This document shows, piece after piece, positions 23,701 to 37,991 of a stretch of DNA of 64,000 nucleotides; position 1 is the first letter of the stretch; each line of letters opens with the position of its first letter. Origin of the DNA: an uncultured delta proteobacterium (GTDB lineage Bacteria; Desulfobacterota; Desulfomonilia; UBA1062); the NCBI GenBank assembly GCA_963752595.1, contig CAVVYZ010000022.1, positions 1 to 64,000 on the forward strand. The letters run 5' to 3'. Position numbers and translations under genes: made by a program. The notes below the pieces were generated by a model. That model did no database searches and had not been told where the DNA came from. It worked only from the letters and a program-made list of their open reading frames with translations.

Positions 23701-24722
23701 GGTCATGCTCACCGGATGCGGCTCATAGCCCGGGCGCTTCCTTTTCCACCGTAATGCCTAAGTATCTGATCTCCTGGGAAACCCATTGGAAGATGGCTTC
23801 GATCTTTTTCTGCGGGGTATTGATGCCGGACACCAGGCCTGCCGTGACCTTCTCCATCTCAGGGGTAACGGCTTCGATGTTGGGCTTGCACAGGTTCCAG
23901 TACCACCTGGAGACAGTCTCCCAGTCAGGGATCGTGCTCACGAGGAGGCGCTGCATCTGCGTATAGAGGAGCGGCATCTGGGGCTCTATCATAGGCCTGG
24001 GGCACGTCGATGGCCACCCATTTGTACATGATATTCCCATTCATCGACTCTTGCGTGTGGGAGACGGTGCCGGGGATCTCGGCCTTGAGCGCGATGCTCT
24101 GAAGCGGCTTTTCCCTGGGAGCGACCACGACGTATTCGGAACGCTTCACCGGATCGGTCCCTTCCAAAAGGACATAATCGCTGAACGTATCCGCCATCCG
24201 GGTTTTTGCGAACTCGTCATGGACAACGAAGTGCACGACATCGCCCACATTCACCTCGGGGATGCTGACCCGGATGATCCTGTTGTTGGGATCATAAATA
24301 TTCGAATCCATCTGAGACTGCTCGATCATCTCGCTCGCGTTCTTTTCGACATCGACATTCATGGCCGATCCATCAGGGCGGATCACTTCGACGAGCTTTA
24401 TCTCTGTGGTGTTGTAGGGAATGGTGTACGATGAGGTAACGGTCTTGTACCTGCGCTTTCCCTTTTCCGTAAGGATCTTCATGTAGACTTCGTACCATTC
24501 GCTGTAGGTGCCGTCCTTGTTGTACGAAACCCAATGGCACCCGTCCACCTGCACCACTTCGGCATTCGGGTATTTATCCGCTGTCACGGCCCTGGCCGCA
24601 TCGATCGCCTGATCGCGGTCCATCTGGCTGAACGCCAGCGCCGAGCATAAGGGTGCATACCCGAATATCCACACGAGCACGCCGATGATCCATTCATATA
24701 TTCTAACCTTGATTTCTCGCAT
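20793..24722 (-). CDS. Secreted protein with tandem DUF3857 + transglutaminase-like modules, frameshifted
   Basis: Signal-like N-terminus. Module 1 has IRYLG...GICRDKA...FNHAI...LMDAT (Cys-His-Asp). Module 2 has GDSADRA...FNGVL...LNDT. Confidence 0.82.
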
Positions 24723-25405
24723 GCCACCATTTCCTTTCCCTGATGAACAACTCACAAGGGGGTGTATTTTGAGGGTTTCCGATAGTAATCGAAAAAAAAC
24801 ACGTTCTGATTATCCTTCATGGAAGCAGCTCCGTGTGCGAAGAGCGTAAACATTTTTCAGGAGAATTTCAACGGATAAATCGATTTTTATTGAAATAGTG
24901 CCAAAATAAAGAAAATATTCTCTTTTTCACCATAGAACACCCCGCAATATCAGTTCCTATGGAAAAGCATAATGCGATACGAGCCTGTTTACCGTGCGAA
25001 GCCGGGCGAATCTTTTCGGAATTCATTCACACTCTGCATTACGATATGAGAGCATCAAAGTGCGAGGAAGGTTCATTGCAGAAAGACAGCCGGCCCATCC
25101 ACCAAAGAATGCGCAAGGGATCGGGCGGTTCTCAAGGGCAGTTCAGTATTCAGGAGATTATTGCCTGAAACGCGGATTATCAAATATCCGCGAGTCGCTC
25201 TCTCTAAGATGCCAGTACCAGCGAAGCTGTCATAGACCGCAAAGTAGATAAATATCGATGATAATAATTATTATATCATGTCATCACGACACGAGGGTCT
25301 CGAAAGCCTTTCCCGTGCAGGCTCTCTTGTTTGTCAAACCAAGGAACCATACAGGTATTTATTTCTGTCTTTAAGTTCTCACTCTGTTCTTTGTACGATA
25401 CCGGC

Positions 25406-26989
25406 TCATTGTATTATATGTGCTCCATATCCGGATATATAGGCCTTCCATTCTTTCTCGTTTATAATTCGCTTCCAGTAAGGGTCCTGAATATCATCAT
25501 AAGCGATGAGGATTCCTCCTGTATGGTCTGCCCAGGTACGTGCCTGCCTGAGATCGGAAAGTACCGAGTAAGGTTTATTGAGATAAAAGATAATCTTGGC
25601 ATCATCTGTCTTGAGAAATCCCACAGGTCTGTTAAAAGTCGTGACTTTTGCCGTTTCGGAACGCACATTCCTCTGTTGGTCAACTGACCAGGGGATATAA
25701 GTAAAAACGAAAATAAACCAGAATAAAGCAACCGGGGCAATCATACCTAAGGCAGATCGCTTTAAAAAGCTCAAGGCCATAACAAGGCCGCCGGCAAGCA
25801 GCACGATAGTCCAGGGAAAAAAGCTTTGGATTCCATAGGGCAATTCATGGGGCTTGATAATGAAACAGGCAATGGGAACCAGGAGGCAGATACTAATCAG
25901 TACGCCGATGAGCTTAGTTGTCAGTTCAATCGCTGAAGGAAGGCGGGATTGAATAAACCTGGAAAGGAAATCGCCAACCAGCATGGCTGCAAAGGGGAGT
26001 ATGGGGAGAAGATAATATGGACGCCTGGAACCGGAAATGGTGAAGAACAGAAAGATGGATGCAAAGGTAAGCAGAGCGTCGCTGACCCCTGCTTCCTTGT
26101 ATCTTTCTCTTTTGAGATAATAAAAGAGGGCAGGCGGGATCAGGATCGACCAGGGGGCAGCAAGGTCGAATATGCGGTAGAAGTAGGTATAGAAAGGGGC
26201 CTTATGATCAAAGGGTTCAAAGAACCGGACTACATTCTCTTTCCAGATCATGTGAAGCGGCTCCAGGGATGAAGAGTGCAGGCACTGAGCCAAAGGGATG
26301 CAGAGAAATGCAATGACTAGAACGACCGCAGCCGTGCTGAGAACTTTCAGTGGCGGCAACCATTCCCAATCTTTTTTAACCAATGAGAGAAGCAGGATAC
26401 AAAAAACCGGCACACCCACAGACACAAGCCCTTTCATGTTTGCCCCGACTCCCATCAGAATTGCCAGGGCATATACACTGGTATGATTGTGGTACGTCTT
26501 CCGGGTGAAGAAGTACCAGAAAAAGAGCATGATCATGGCCGCATTCGTCATCTCCACCTGGGCATTCCGACCCCATAATACAAAACCGTAGGTTGTGCAA
26601 AGAACTGCGGACGTCATGAGTGCGCTCTCCCGGCCGAACCACCGTTTTGCAAGGTCATAGGCGAGAAAGAGCAAAACGAGTGCCCACACGGCAGACGGCA
26701 TACGGGCAGTGAGTTCGTTTACCCCGCCCATGATATGGGCGACAGGCAAGATCTGCCAGTAGGAGACGAGCGGCTTATCCCAATAAGGAGCTATGCCCAG
26801 CATAGGATGGAAGATATCCCCGTTCTGAAACATGTAGCGTCCGATTACAGCCCAGCGGCCTTCCGATCCCCAGAGGGGACTCAGGCCCAGATGACCGAAT
26901 AATATGACAAGCGCACAGGCACAGACCAGAAAGAAGGGTACATGCTTCCTAAGATCCGAAGCACTCCGAGGGATCATATTGTAATCCAC
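25406..26989 (-). CDS. ArnT/PMT (GT-C, GT39/83) glycosyltransferase
   Basis: EGRW, DKP...YW, ARMPSA, KG, H..PFYTY and RRPYYLLP; many transmembrane segments. Confidence 0.9.
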   Translation of the reverse strand: MDYNMIPRSASDLRKHVPFFLVCACALVILFGHLGLSPLWGSEGRWAVIGRYMFQNGDIFHPMLGIAPYWDKPLVSYWQILPVAHIMGGVNELTARMPSAVWALVLLFLAYDLAKRWFGRESALMTSAVLCTTYGFVLWGRNAQVEMTNAAMIMLFFWYFFTRKTYHNHTSVYALAILMGVGANMKGLVSVGVPVFCILLLSLVKKDWEWLPPLKVLSTAAVVLVIAFLCIPLAQCLHSSSLEPLHMIWKENVVRFFEPFDHKAPFYTYFYRIFDLAAPWSILIPPALFYYLKRERYKEAGVSDALLTFASIFLFFTISGSRRPYYLLPILPFAAMLVGDFLSRFIQSRLPSAIELTTKLIGVLISICLLVPIACFIIKPHELPYGIQSFFPWTIVLLAGGLVMALSFLKRSALGMIAPVALFWFIFVFTYIPWSVDQQRNVRSETAKVTTFNRPVGFLKTDDAKIIFYLNKPYSVLSDLRQARTWADHTGGILIAYDDIQDPYWKRIINEKEWKAYISGYGAHIIQ

Positions 26990-27011
26990 TTTTCCTCCAC
27001 CTGACCCTGCT

Positions 27012-28643
27012 TTATCCGCCGGAGGGCGCCATGGATGCCTTTCCCGATTTTATAATAGGCTCTCCGGTTCCGCCGTTTGTCTTCGGTACAATGTGAGCTA
27101 ATCGTGCCGTCTTATTGCCGAAATGATCGACCTGTCTCTCGTACAGGATCTCCACTTTTGCATGCTGCCGGATTAATTCCTTCAGCACTTGATCACGCCT
27201 GTCGGCCCAGATGTAGATACCCTCTTTATTGATGTCTGATGGTGAATTCACCACCTTGCAGACTTTTCCGGTAATCATCGGGAGCACGCCTTCCAATATC
27301 TCGTCCGGGGCAAGCACGACTATTTCTTTGTTGCCTGCAACAACGAGCGCCTGCCTTGAGAAGCTCAAGTAATCCTTTCGGGGCTTTTCATACGGGTAGT
27401 AAATCATGGTGACAGCACTCAAGGCGAGACATACGACCAGAACGAGAGATACGGCCTCCCGCTCTTTTACCTTGCCCCTTGTGAGAGCTGCCAGCCCGGA
27501 GACTGCAAGTATGCCCATGCTTATGCCCAAGATCGGCTGACCAAGGAATATTCCTGCGAACGGGACGATGCTGCCGACAATGGCAATACCCCAGGTAATC
27601 TTTACAAGGATATTCTCCCACTTCATCCGGGGTGACTTTCCAAGCCAGACAGCGATCATGCTTGCAATAGCAGGGAACATGGGCGTCAGATAGATTCCCC
27701 TCTTTGTCGATGAAATGGTGAGGAGGATGAATGGTCCGATAAACCAGCTGATATACGGGTCATCCTTGAACTTTCTGAAAGAAGAGATGATGGCCGGGAT
27801 AAAGATCAGCGTCCAGGGCAGGATGTATCCGGGGAAACTGCCCAGATAATAGAACGGGCCATGCTGGTGCCCCAGGGCAGCACCCTCGACTGCACCGGTG
27901 AAGCGCATGAGATTGTTTACTACGATGATCTCCCGCACAAAAGGCCAGCCACCGCGATTCCATAGGGCAATGACCCATGGGAGGATAATCACTATCATAC
28001 AAGTGATTATCAAAAAAGGCCTTATCCTCCATAGTATCTTGAAATCCCACCGGCGAACAATGTCCGTGATAATGGCAGCGGCAACAATAGCAGGGCCGAC
28101 CATGCCCTTAGCCATGAAGGCTATCCCCAAGGCAAAACCCAGGATGATGGAATCCCTTATCCGGTGAGAATCCATCAACCTTAAGTACGCATACATGGCC
28201 AAAGTGACTCCGAAAACGAGCGCAATGTCTACCTGAATCCATCTGGAGAGCATGAATATTTCCCAAGAGCTCGCAAGGATACCTCCTGCAACTATTCCTA
28301 GGATCACCCCCTCCCGCCTTGAGATCATAAAATAGGTCGTGAGAATTGTAAGAACTGCGAAAAGGAGCGATGCAAGACGGTACGGAATATCCTGATCAAT
28401 GCCGAAGGTCAAACCGGAGAGCGCGGCGACAGCATAGTAGAGCGGTGGTTTTTCCAGGAAGGGTTCTCCGTTGAAGTGCGGTACAACGAAATCATAGGTG
28501 CGAGCCATCTCGGCACAAGTCCCTGCTACTCTCGGTTCATCCGGCCTCCAGAGTCCGTGATTTATACCCGGAAGGAGAATCAGGAATAATAGGACGATTG
28601 CTAATAATGCCCACGTCTTAACGTTTACGGTATCCATGGTCAT
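27012..28643 (-). CDS. ArnT/PMT (GT-C) glycosyltransferase, second paralog
   Basis: PDEPR, FLEKPPLYY, AKG, H..PFYY and KRGIYLTP. Confidence 0.92.
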   Translation of the reverse strand: MTMDTVNVKTWALLAIVLLFLILLPGINHGLWRPDEPRVAGTCAEMARTYDFVVPHFNGEPFLEKPPLYYAVAALSGLTFGIDQDIPYRLASLLFAVLTILTTYFMISRREGVILGIVAGGILASSWEIFMLSRWIQVDIALVFGVTLAMYAYLRLMDSHRIRDSIILGFALGIAFMAKGMVGPAIVAAAIITDIVRRWDFKILWRIRPFLIITCMIVIILPWVIALWNRGGWPFVREIIVVNNLMRFTGAVEGAALGHQHGPFYYLGSFPGYILPWTLIFIPAIISSFRKFKDDPYISWFIGPFILLTISSTKRGIYLTPMFPAIASMIAVWLGKSPRMKWENILVKITWGIAIVGSIVPFAGIFLGQPILGISMGILAVSGLAALTRGKVKEREAVSLVLVVCLALSAVTMIYYPYEKPRKDYLSFSRQALVVAGNKEIVVLAPDEILEGVLPMITGKVCKVVNSPSDINKEGIYIWADRRDQVLKELIRQHAKVEILYERQVDHFGNKTARLAHIVPKTNGGTGEPIIKSGKASMAPSGG

Positions 28644-28772
28644 ACTACTCCAGTTTGTATGAGTTATAGAACAATTGGGATTTCAAAGCACAATACATAA
28701 TATACATATACAAAAATCTCACAATACTTATCCGAGCATTACAGATCGGTTATAATCATTTTGGGAGATTCG

Positions 28773-29003
28773 TTAACTTGAGCCGTAGTTAATCCTCGTC
28801 GGATAGATGCGTACGGTCATCCCAACCCCCATCCGGATGTGTTTATCTCTATTTTTCCGTCGTGGAGGTTTATTATTTCATCAGCGATACTGAGACCCAG
28901 ACCGCTGCTTTTCTCAGAGCGTGATTTATCAACCCGATAGAAACGATCAAAGACCTTATCCATATCTTGTTCCGGTATGCCGATCCCGCTGTCCTGAATT
29001 ATC
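28773..29003 (-). pseudogene. C-terminal HATPase fragment of a sensor histidine kinase
   Basis: My translation [40 protein letters not shown] shows the G1, F and G2 boxes; an in-frame TAG lies immediately upstream. Confidence 0.85.
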
Positions 29004-29074
29004 TAAATTGACAGAGAACTAGGAAATCTGTCTGTGTTCGATTCGTAAGACGTTCAGGTCTCTCCGGGCCGTGC

Positions 29075-30711
29075 TCACTCAGTAGCCTGATTCTCCCGGT
29101 AGTCGCAGCTCGCCTTGATGAAGTCCCTGAAGAGGGGATGGGCATGCATGGGCTTGGACTTGAACTCCGGGTGGAACTGGCAGCCGAGGAACCAGGGATG
29201 GTCTTCCAGCTCGATGATCTCCACAAGGCCGATCTCCGGGTTGCGGCCGCTGATGATGAGGCCGCCGTTTACCAGGGCCTGTCTCAAGGCGGGGTTGAAC
29301 TCATAGCGGTGGCGGTGGCGCTCGGAGATTTCGCCCGACTCGTAGGCCTGCAGGGCGTTGGTTCCTTCGGCGAGGATGCACGCGGTAGGCGCCGAGACGC
29401 ATGGTGCCGCCTTTCTTCTTGATGTTCTTCTGCCCGGGGAGGAATTCGATGACCGGATTCTTTGCCTTCTGGTCGAACTCGGTGCTGTTCGCTCCGTCGA
29501 GCCCGCATACGTTGCCTGGCATACTCGATCACGGCGAGCTGCATGCCGAGGCAGATGCCGAAGAAGGGGATCTTGTGCGTCCGTGCATACGCGATGGCCC
29601 TGATTTTCCCCTCGACGCCCCGCTCCCCGAACCCTCCAGGAATAAGCACGCCGTGGATGTTCTTGAAGTGGCCCGAGATATCGTCCTGCTCAGTCAGGCT
29701 GTCGGCGTCGACATAAATCCGGTTCACCCGGGTTTTATTGGCCAGGCCGGCATGTTCGAGGGCCTCGTTCAGGCTCTTGTAGGAATCGGTGAGCTTGACA
29801 TACTTGCCCACCACCGCGATATTCACCTCGCACGGTGCGGTTGCTCGAATGTCTCATGAGATGTTCCCACCCCTGCATCATGGGCTCCCTGGTCCATATG
29901 TTGAGATACTCCACGATGCGGTCGTCAAGGCCCTCGCGGTGAAACTCAACGGGAACCTGGTAGATGTTGTTCACATCAACGGCATTGATGACGGCCTCCC
30001 TCTCCACGTTGCAGAACAGGGCGATCTTTTCCTTCAGGTCATGGAGAGAGCCTTTGCTCCGACCTGCAGAGCAGGATCTGGGGCTGGATGCCGATCTCGC
30101 GGAGCTTCTGCACCGAGTGCTGCGTCGGCTTTGTCTTGAGTTCGCCTGCGGTGGCGATATACGGCACAAGGGTCAGATGGATGTAGAGGACGTTGGTCCT
30201 GCCCATATCGAAACCGAACTGGCGGATGGCCTCGAGAAAGGGCAGAGATTCGATATCGCCCACCGTGCCGCCGATCTCGACGATGGCGATGTCGTTGCCG
30301 TTGGCCGACTTCGATGATGCGGTTCTTTGATCTCGTCGGTGATATGGGGGATGACCTGGACGGTCTTGCCCAGATAGTCGCCGTTTCGTCTCCTTCTGGA
30401 TGACCGAGTCATAGATCTGTGCCGGTGGTGAAATTGTTCTTGGCGCTCAAGTGTGACGAGGTGAAACGCTCGTAGTGCCCCAGGTCGAGGTCGGTTTCGG
30501 CGCCGTCATCGGTGACAAATACCTCGCCGTGCTGGAAGGGACTCATGGTTCCCGGGTCTACATTGATATATGGATCGAGCTTGATATTGGTGACTTTCAG
30601 CCCCCTCGCCTCCATGATTGCCCCGATCGATGCTGCTGCAAGGCCTTTGCCCAGAGATGAAAGCACACCGCCGGTAATGAAAATATACTTCGTGGATTTG
30701 TTGGTCGACAT
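29075..30711 (-). CDS. pyrG: CTP synthase, several frameshifts
   Basis: [57 protein letters not shown] and QFHPEF. Confidence 0.96.
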
Positions 30712-30808
30712 GTCAGATACCTACTCCATGCAGTGTGGATGTGTCAAGGAAGGATGCTTCGCCTCCTTTGACGCAAGATAGTAAAACAACATCGTATTTA
30801 GCCCCATT

Positions 30809-34022
<3,214 letters not shown>

Positions 34023-34080
34023 GGTACTCCTTGATCGTGTTTTCGGCTTTCTTAAGTATATGAGCCGTACATGAATTTCA

Positions 34081-34114
34081 AGTATACACCCCATGTCTCC
34101 ACAGGGTGTATACT
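34081..34114. promoter_or_regulatory. Perfect 11-bp inverted repeat upstream of carB
   Basis: AGTATACACCC-N12-GGGTGTATACT; function unknown. Confidence 0.5.
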
Positions 34115-34159
34115 ATGGTGTCTCTGATGAACCCTACATCCTCTCCGATCCGATGCAGG

Positions 34160-35123
34160 TCAGCCGATTTCCTTGATTTTCACGCCCTTCTTGACCAGTG
34201 CCTTTTTATTGGCAAGCAGCTCTCTGCCGGCAATTCTGTCCAGTACATAGATCAGGTCTCCTCCATTTTCGGCGTATGTCTGCCCATAAGAAATCGGGAT
34301 CTCCGCCGATGGATCGTCGAGTATCGACTGGGTTATCGGCTCGACTTTGCGCTCCCCGTTTGCCAGGAGCATGACTGTCTTTGCCTTGATAGACAAGCTC
34401 TGCCCCCATGGAAATGGCATAATTGGGAGAATCTTTCTTTGCGGCGAAGTGGCCGTCAGTCACTGCGTTCGTGACCGTATTGTCGTCGAGTTTGACGAGC
34501 ATGACACTGCTTCCCTTGAAGGGGATGCCGGATTCATGGAAGGCCACATGGCCTCTGCCGCCGACGCCGATGATCTGCAGGTCAATGCCGCCCATTTTCT
34601 TGATCTTCCGGGCGTAGCCGTCCAGTATCTCTTTCTTTACCCATCCCAGGTATTCGGAGTCCGGGTTGTTCCTGATGACTATCGACTTTCCCTTGTCCGT
34701 TCCTTTTGCTTCCCAGTCTTTCGGGTTGGCCTTCAGTTCGGCTATGAGCTTCTTCTGTTCGATGAGCGAGCCATAGGGCACATTGGTTTCAATGAACTTG
34801 TCCTTCAGAAGGCTGAAGAATTCCTGGATCATGAAGTAGGCATAGCTCTCGGGATGCATGACGCGATGCTGGACATTGTCGCCCGGCAGGCCGACATACT
34901 CGTCCAGGTTGAAGCTCCGGCACCTGGTGGAGTCGAACTCACCCTTGTTGGCCGCCTGTGCGAGGTGCTTGTAGAGCCCGGTGGGGGAATTGCCCGTTGC
35001 AAGCCCCAGAACGGCCTCTTTCTTTTCTTTCAACATCTCCTGGATTTTCTTTTTGGCGATATCTGCAGCAGACTTACTCAAAGCTGTCAAAATCTTTCGG
35101 TAACGATGAATCTGGATCCCCAT
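34160..35123 (-). CDS. nagB: Glucosamine-6-phosphate deaminase-like protein, frameshift near 34390
   Basis: LGLATGNSP, FNLDEYVG, GGIDLQIIGVGGRGHVAFHE and AISMG. Confidence 0.82.
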
Positions 35124-35165
35124 TGATCAGCCTCCTCTCTTCTCAGGGTGTAGCATGATGTATGA

Positions 35166-36531
35166 TTAAACTGCCTCACTCATTCCGAGCATCTTTTCCA
35201 CAAGCTCCGCCAATTGGGTGCAATACTTCTCCGTGACGGCGTCCGACGGCCCTTCGACCATTACCCGGCACATGTTCTGCGTCCCGGAATAACGGATCAG
35301 GATGCGCCCCTCATCGCCGAGCTCTTTCTCCACCTGGCTGATCGCTTCCCTCAGCTCCGGCACCGTGGAGATGTCCGGTTTGCTCTTCACGTTCACGTTG
35401 ATCAGTTTCTGAGGAAAGACGTCCATCATCTTTGCCAGCTCGGACAGCGGCTTGCCCGCCTTTGCCATGGCTGCAACGAGCTGCAAGGCGGTGAGGATGC
35501 CGTCACCCGTGGTGTGGTGGTTGAGGAAGATCATGTGCCCCGACTCTTCGCCGCCGATGATACCTCCCATGCTGAGCATGTCCTCGAGCACGTAGCGGTC
35601 TCCCACCTTTGCGGCGTGATGCCGGTAGCCGTACTTTTTGCACGCCACTCTCAACCCGAGATTGCTCATTACCGTGCTTACCAGGAGGTCATTCTTCAGC
35701 TTTCCCTCTTCCTTCAACATCCGGGAACATATGAGGAGAATCTGGTCTCCGGTGATCTCATGTCCCTTTTCATCGACTGCAATGAGCCGGTCGCCGTCCC
35801 CGTCAAAGGCCAGCCCGATTGCCGCCCCTGTTTCCAGGACTTTCTTCTTCAGGTCATCGGTATGCTGGGAGCCGCACTTGTCATTGATGTTCAATCCATT
35901 GGGCGTATTGTGGATGACATCCACTTCGGCACCGAGCTCGGTGAATGCCTCCGGCGCGACCCTGTACGTTGCCCCGTTGGCCGTGTCCATGACTATCTTC
36001 ATCCCTTCCATGGAAAAATCGCGCGGGAAGGTGTTTTTCAGGAAAACGACGTATCGTCCGTTCGACATCTTCCATGCGATAGGCCTGCCCCATCTCTTTT
36101 GCATGAGGCAGGAGCTCGGCCAGCTTGCCGCCCAGCATGAGGTCTTCGATGGTATTTTCTTTCTCATCCGAAAGCTTGAATCCATTCCCGCCGAAGATCT
36201 TGATCCCGTTATCCTCATAGGGGTTGTGGGAAGCGGAGATGACGATGCCCGCATCGGCCCGCATGCTGTTCGCGATAAAGGCTATGCCCGGTGTGGGGAG
36301 CACGCCGACCAGGTAGGGATTTCCCCCCATGGACGATATGCCGGCTTCAAGGGAGCTTTCGAGCATGTAGCCCGAAATGCGCGTGTCTTTGCCGATGATG
36401 ATCCTTGTGCGGTGGTGTTCTTTCCTCAGAAGGTATGTCACTGCCTGACCTACCTTGAAAGCCATCTCCGCATTCATGGGGTAGCGGTTTGCCTCGCCGC
36501 GTATCCCGTCAGTGCCGAAAAGTTTGCCCAT
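35166..36531 (-). CDS. glmM: Phosphoglucosamine mutase, one frameshift
   Basis: [38 protein letters not shown] and RYSGT. Confidence 0.96.
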
Positions 36532-36560
36532 CGAATCCTCCTTTGATAGTTGGGTTTTAC

Positions 36561-37820
36561 TTAAATATGTTGCTTCTGGAACAACTCCAGGCCGGGCATG
36601 GCAGTCGAGACTGTGTTGCAGCAATTGGCCACGACGCATTCCAGCCATCTTGTACCTTTTGAAGAGACATCCGCGGGCAGTCCCTGTATGGTTTCGACAT
36701 AACTGCCGGGACCCCCCTGCACAGACCTGTCCAATCCGGTGAGGAATTCTTCCCTCAAGGTCTTCGTTTGCGAATCCGGAGCTGCATCTCCTTCGAATAT
36801 TCCCTGGACTTTATGAATATTACTTCCCAGGTCGTTCCTCAAGCGCTCGGTTCTCTCCGACCGGGAAGGCTCTGAAGCAGAGGCCCGCTTGGCCATTGCC
36901 TCAAGTCGTTTAAGCCGTTCTTTTCCGGCCAGCGAGAGTTTGTCGAGGAGACCCGCATGGATGAGCGGGCCGAATTCCTGGTTGTCGAGGAAGGGCTTGC
37001 GTACGTGAATGTACCACTCCTTCAAGGCCTTAAGGTTTGCGAGATAGATGATATTATTCTCCACAACGCGAAGCAGGTTCGGATACAGAGCAGGCAGATA
37101 ATCCTTGATGCACCCGGATTGGGTTTTGCCTACGATCAGTCTGTTGTCCCCGGGGCAGTCTTCCCTCAGCACCGAGCCTGCAGCCACGACATTGCCGAAG
37201 CCCATGCGCAACGGACCCACGATTCCCCCCTGTCCTCCCAGGAATATGGCCGGCTGGTTCAGCATGACGCCTCTGGCTACATCGCCGATAAGGGAGGCGG
37301 TTGTCTTGTCCCCGTCAGGGGTGAAATTGAAGTGGATGTAAGAGCTTCCCACCTCGCTGTGATCCTTCCGGCTGGTCCCCCCGGACATAAGGCAGTCGCA
37401 GAAGTTGATGAGACTGCCCAAGGTGACGAAGGGAAAGAGGATGGTCTGTTTGAGGCCGACGCAGTGGGCCCCGCCCGCCTCCTCTTCCAGAATGGATCCT
37501 TCACGGACATGGGCGCCTAAGCCCATGTTCGATTTGTCTAGGAATACGGATTTGCTGAAATAGCCGCCCTTGAGCTCCACATCCTGCCCGATCTGGCAGT
37601 TCTCGATCGTGACAGGCCCTTCACGGCCTATCTGGGCCCCTGACGATATGACGGTGTCCTTGCCGTATATCCTGCACCCGGGAAAGATCTTGACCTTACT
37701 AGCGGAAATCCGGTCAATGTCGACCTCCTTCCCGATGTCGAGGGTCAGGGGATTGGGGATGTCGATCCCCTTGTTGATCATCTGCACGATTTTCTCGTGG
37801 CACTGCGGTTTCAAGTCCAT
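36561..37820 (-). CDS. GlmU-like left-handed beta-helix acetyltransferase without a nucleotidyltransferase domain
   Basis: Starts KGIDIPNP (like the GlmU linker), then hexapeptide repeats, AHVREGS and HFNF..DG.KT. No LAAGxGTRM motif. RBS GGAGG before ATG 37820. Confidence 0.75.
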   Translation of the reverse strand: MDLKPQCHEKIVQMINKGIDIPNPLTLDIGKEVDIDRISASKVKIFPGCRIYGKDTVISSGAQIGREGPVTIENCQIGQDVELKGGYFSKSVFLDKSNMGLGAHVREGSILEEEAGGAHCVGLKQTILFPFVTLGSLINFCDCLMSGGTSRKDHSEVGSSYIHFNFTPDGDKTTASLIGDVARGVMLNQPAIFLGGQGGIVGPLRMGFGNVVAAGSVLREDCPGDNRLIVGKTQSGCIKDYLPALYPNLLRVVENNIIYLANLKALKEWYIHVRKPFLDNQEFGPLIHAGLLDKLSLAGKERLKRLEAMAKRASASEPSRSERTERLRNDLGSNIHKVQGIFEGDAAPDSQTKTLREEFLTGLDRSVQGGPGSYVETIQGLPADVSSKGTRWLECVVANCCNTVSTAMPGLELFQKQHI

Positions 37821-37872
37821 CTGTTCCTCCTCATACCGTGATATGGAAACCGGATAGTGTATCAGAAGATTT

Positions 37873-37933
37873 CTCGCAGCCTGCTGCGAGGACACTCCTT
37901 TTTCCTCTCCCCCCGAGGGAGAGGAAAAAGGAG
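37873..37933. repeat. Two adjacent hairpins, including a perfect 17-bp pyrimidine/purine inverted repeat
   Basis: CTCGCAGC-ct-GCTGCGAG, then CTCCTTTTTCCTCTCCC-cccga-GGGAGAGGAAAAAGGAG. Confidence 0.75.
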
Positions 37934-37991
37934 AGGGGGGAGAATAAATTCAATGCCTCTTGAGCCATGGCTGCCTTCACATCCTTCCGTT

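Noticed and set aside
24981-25324. MITE bounded by GAGCCTG...CAGGCTC
   Set aside because: Only a 7-bp inverted match, with no target-site duplication and no second copy seen.
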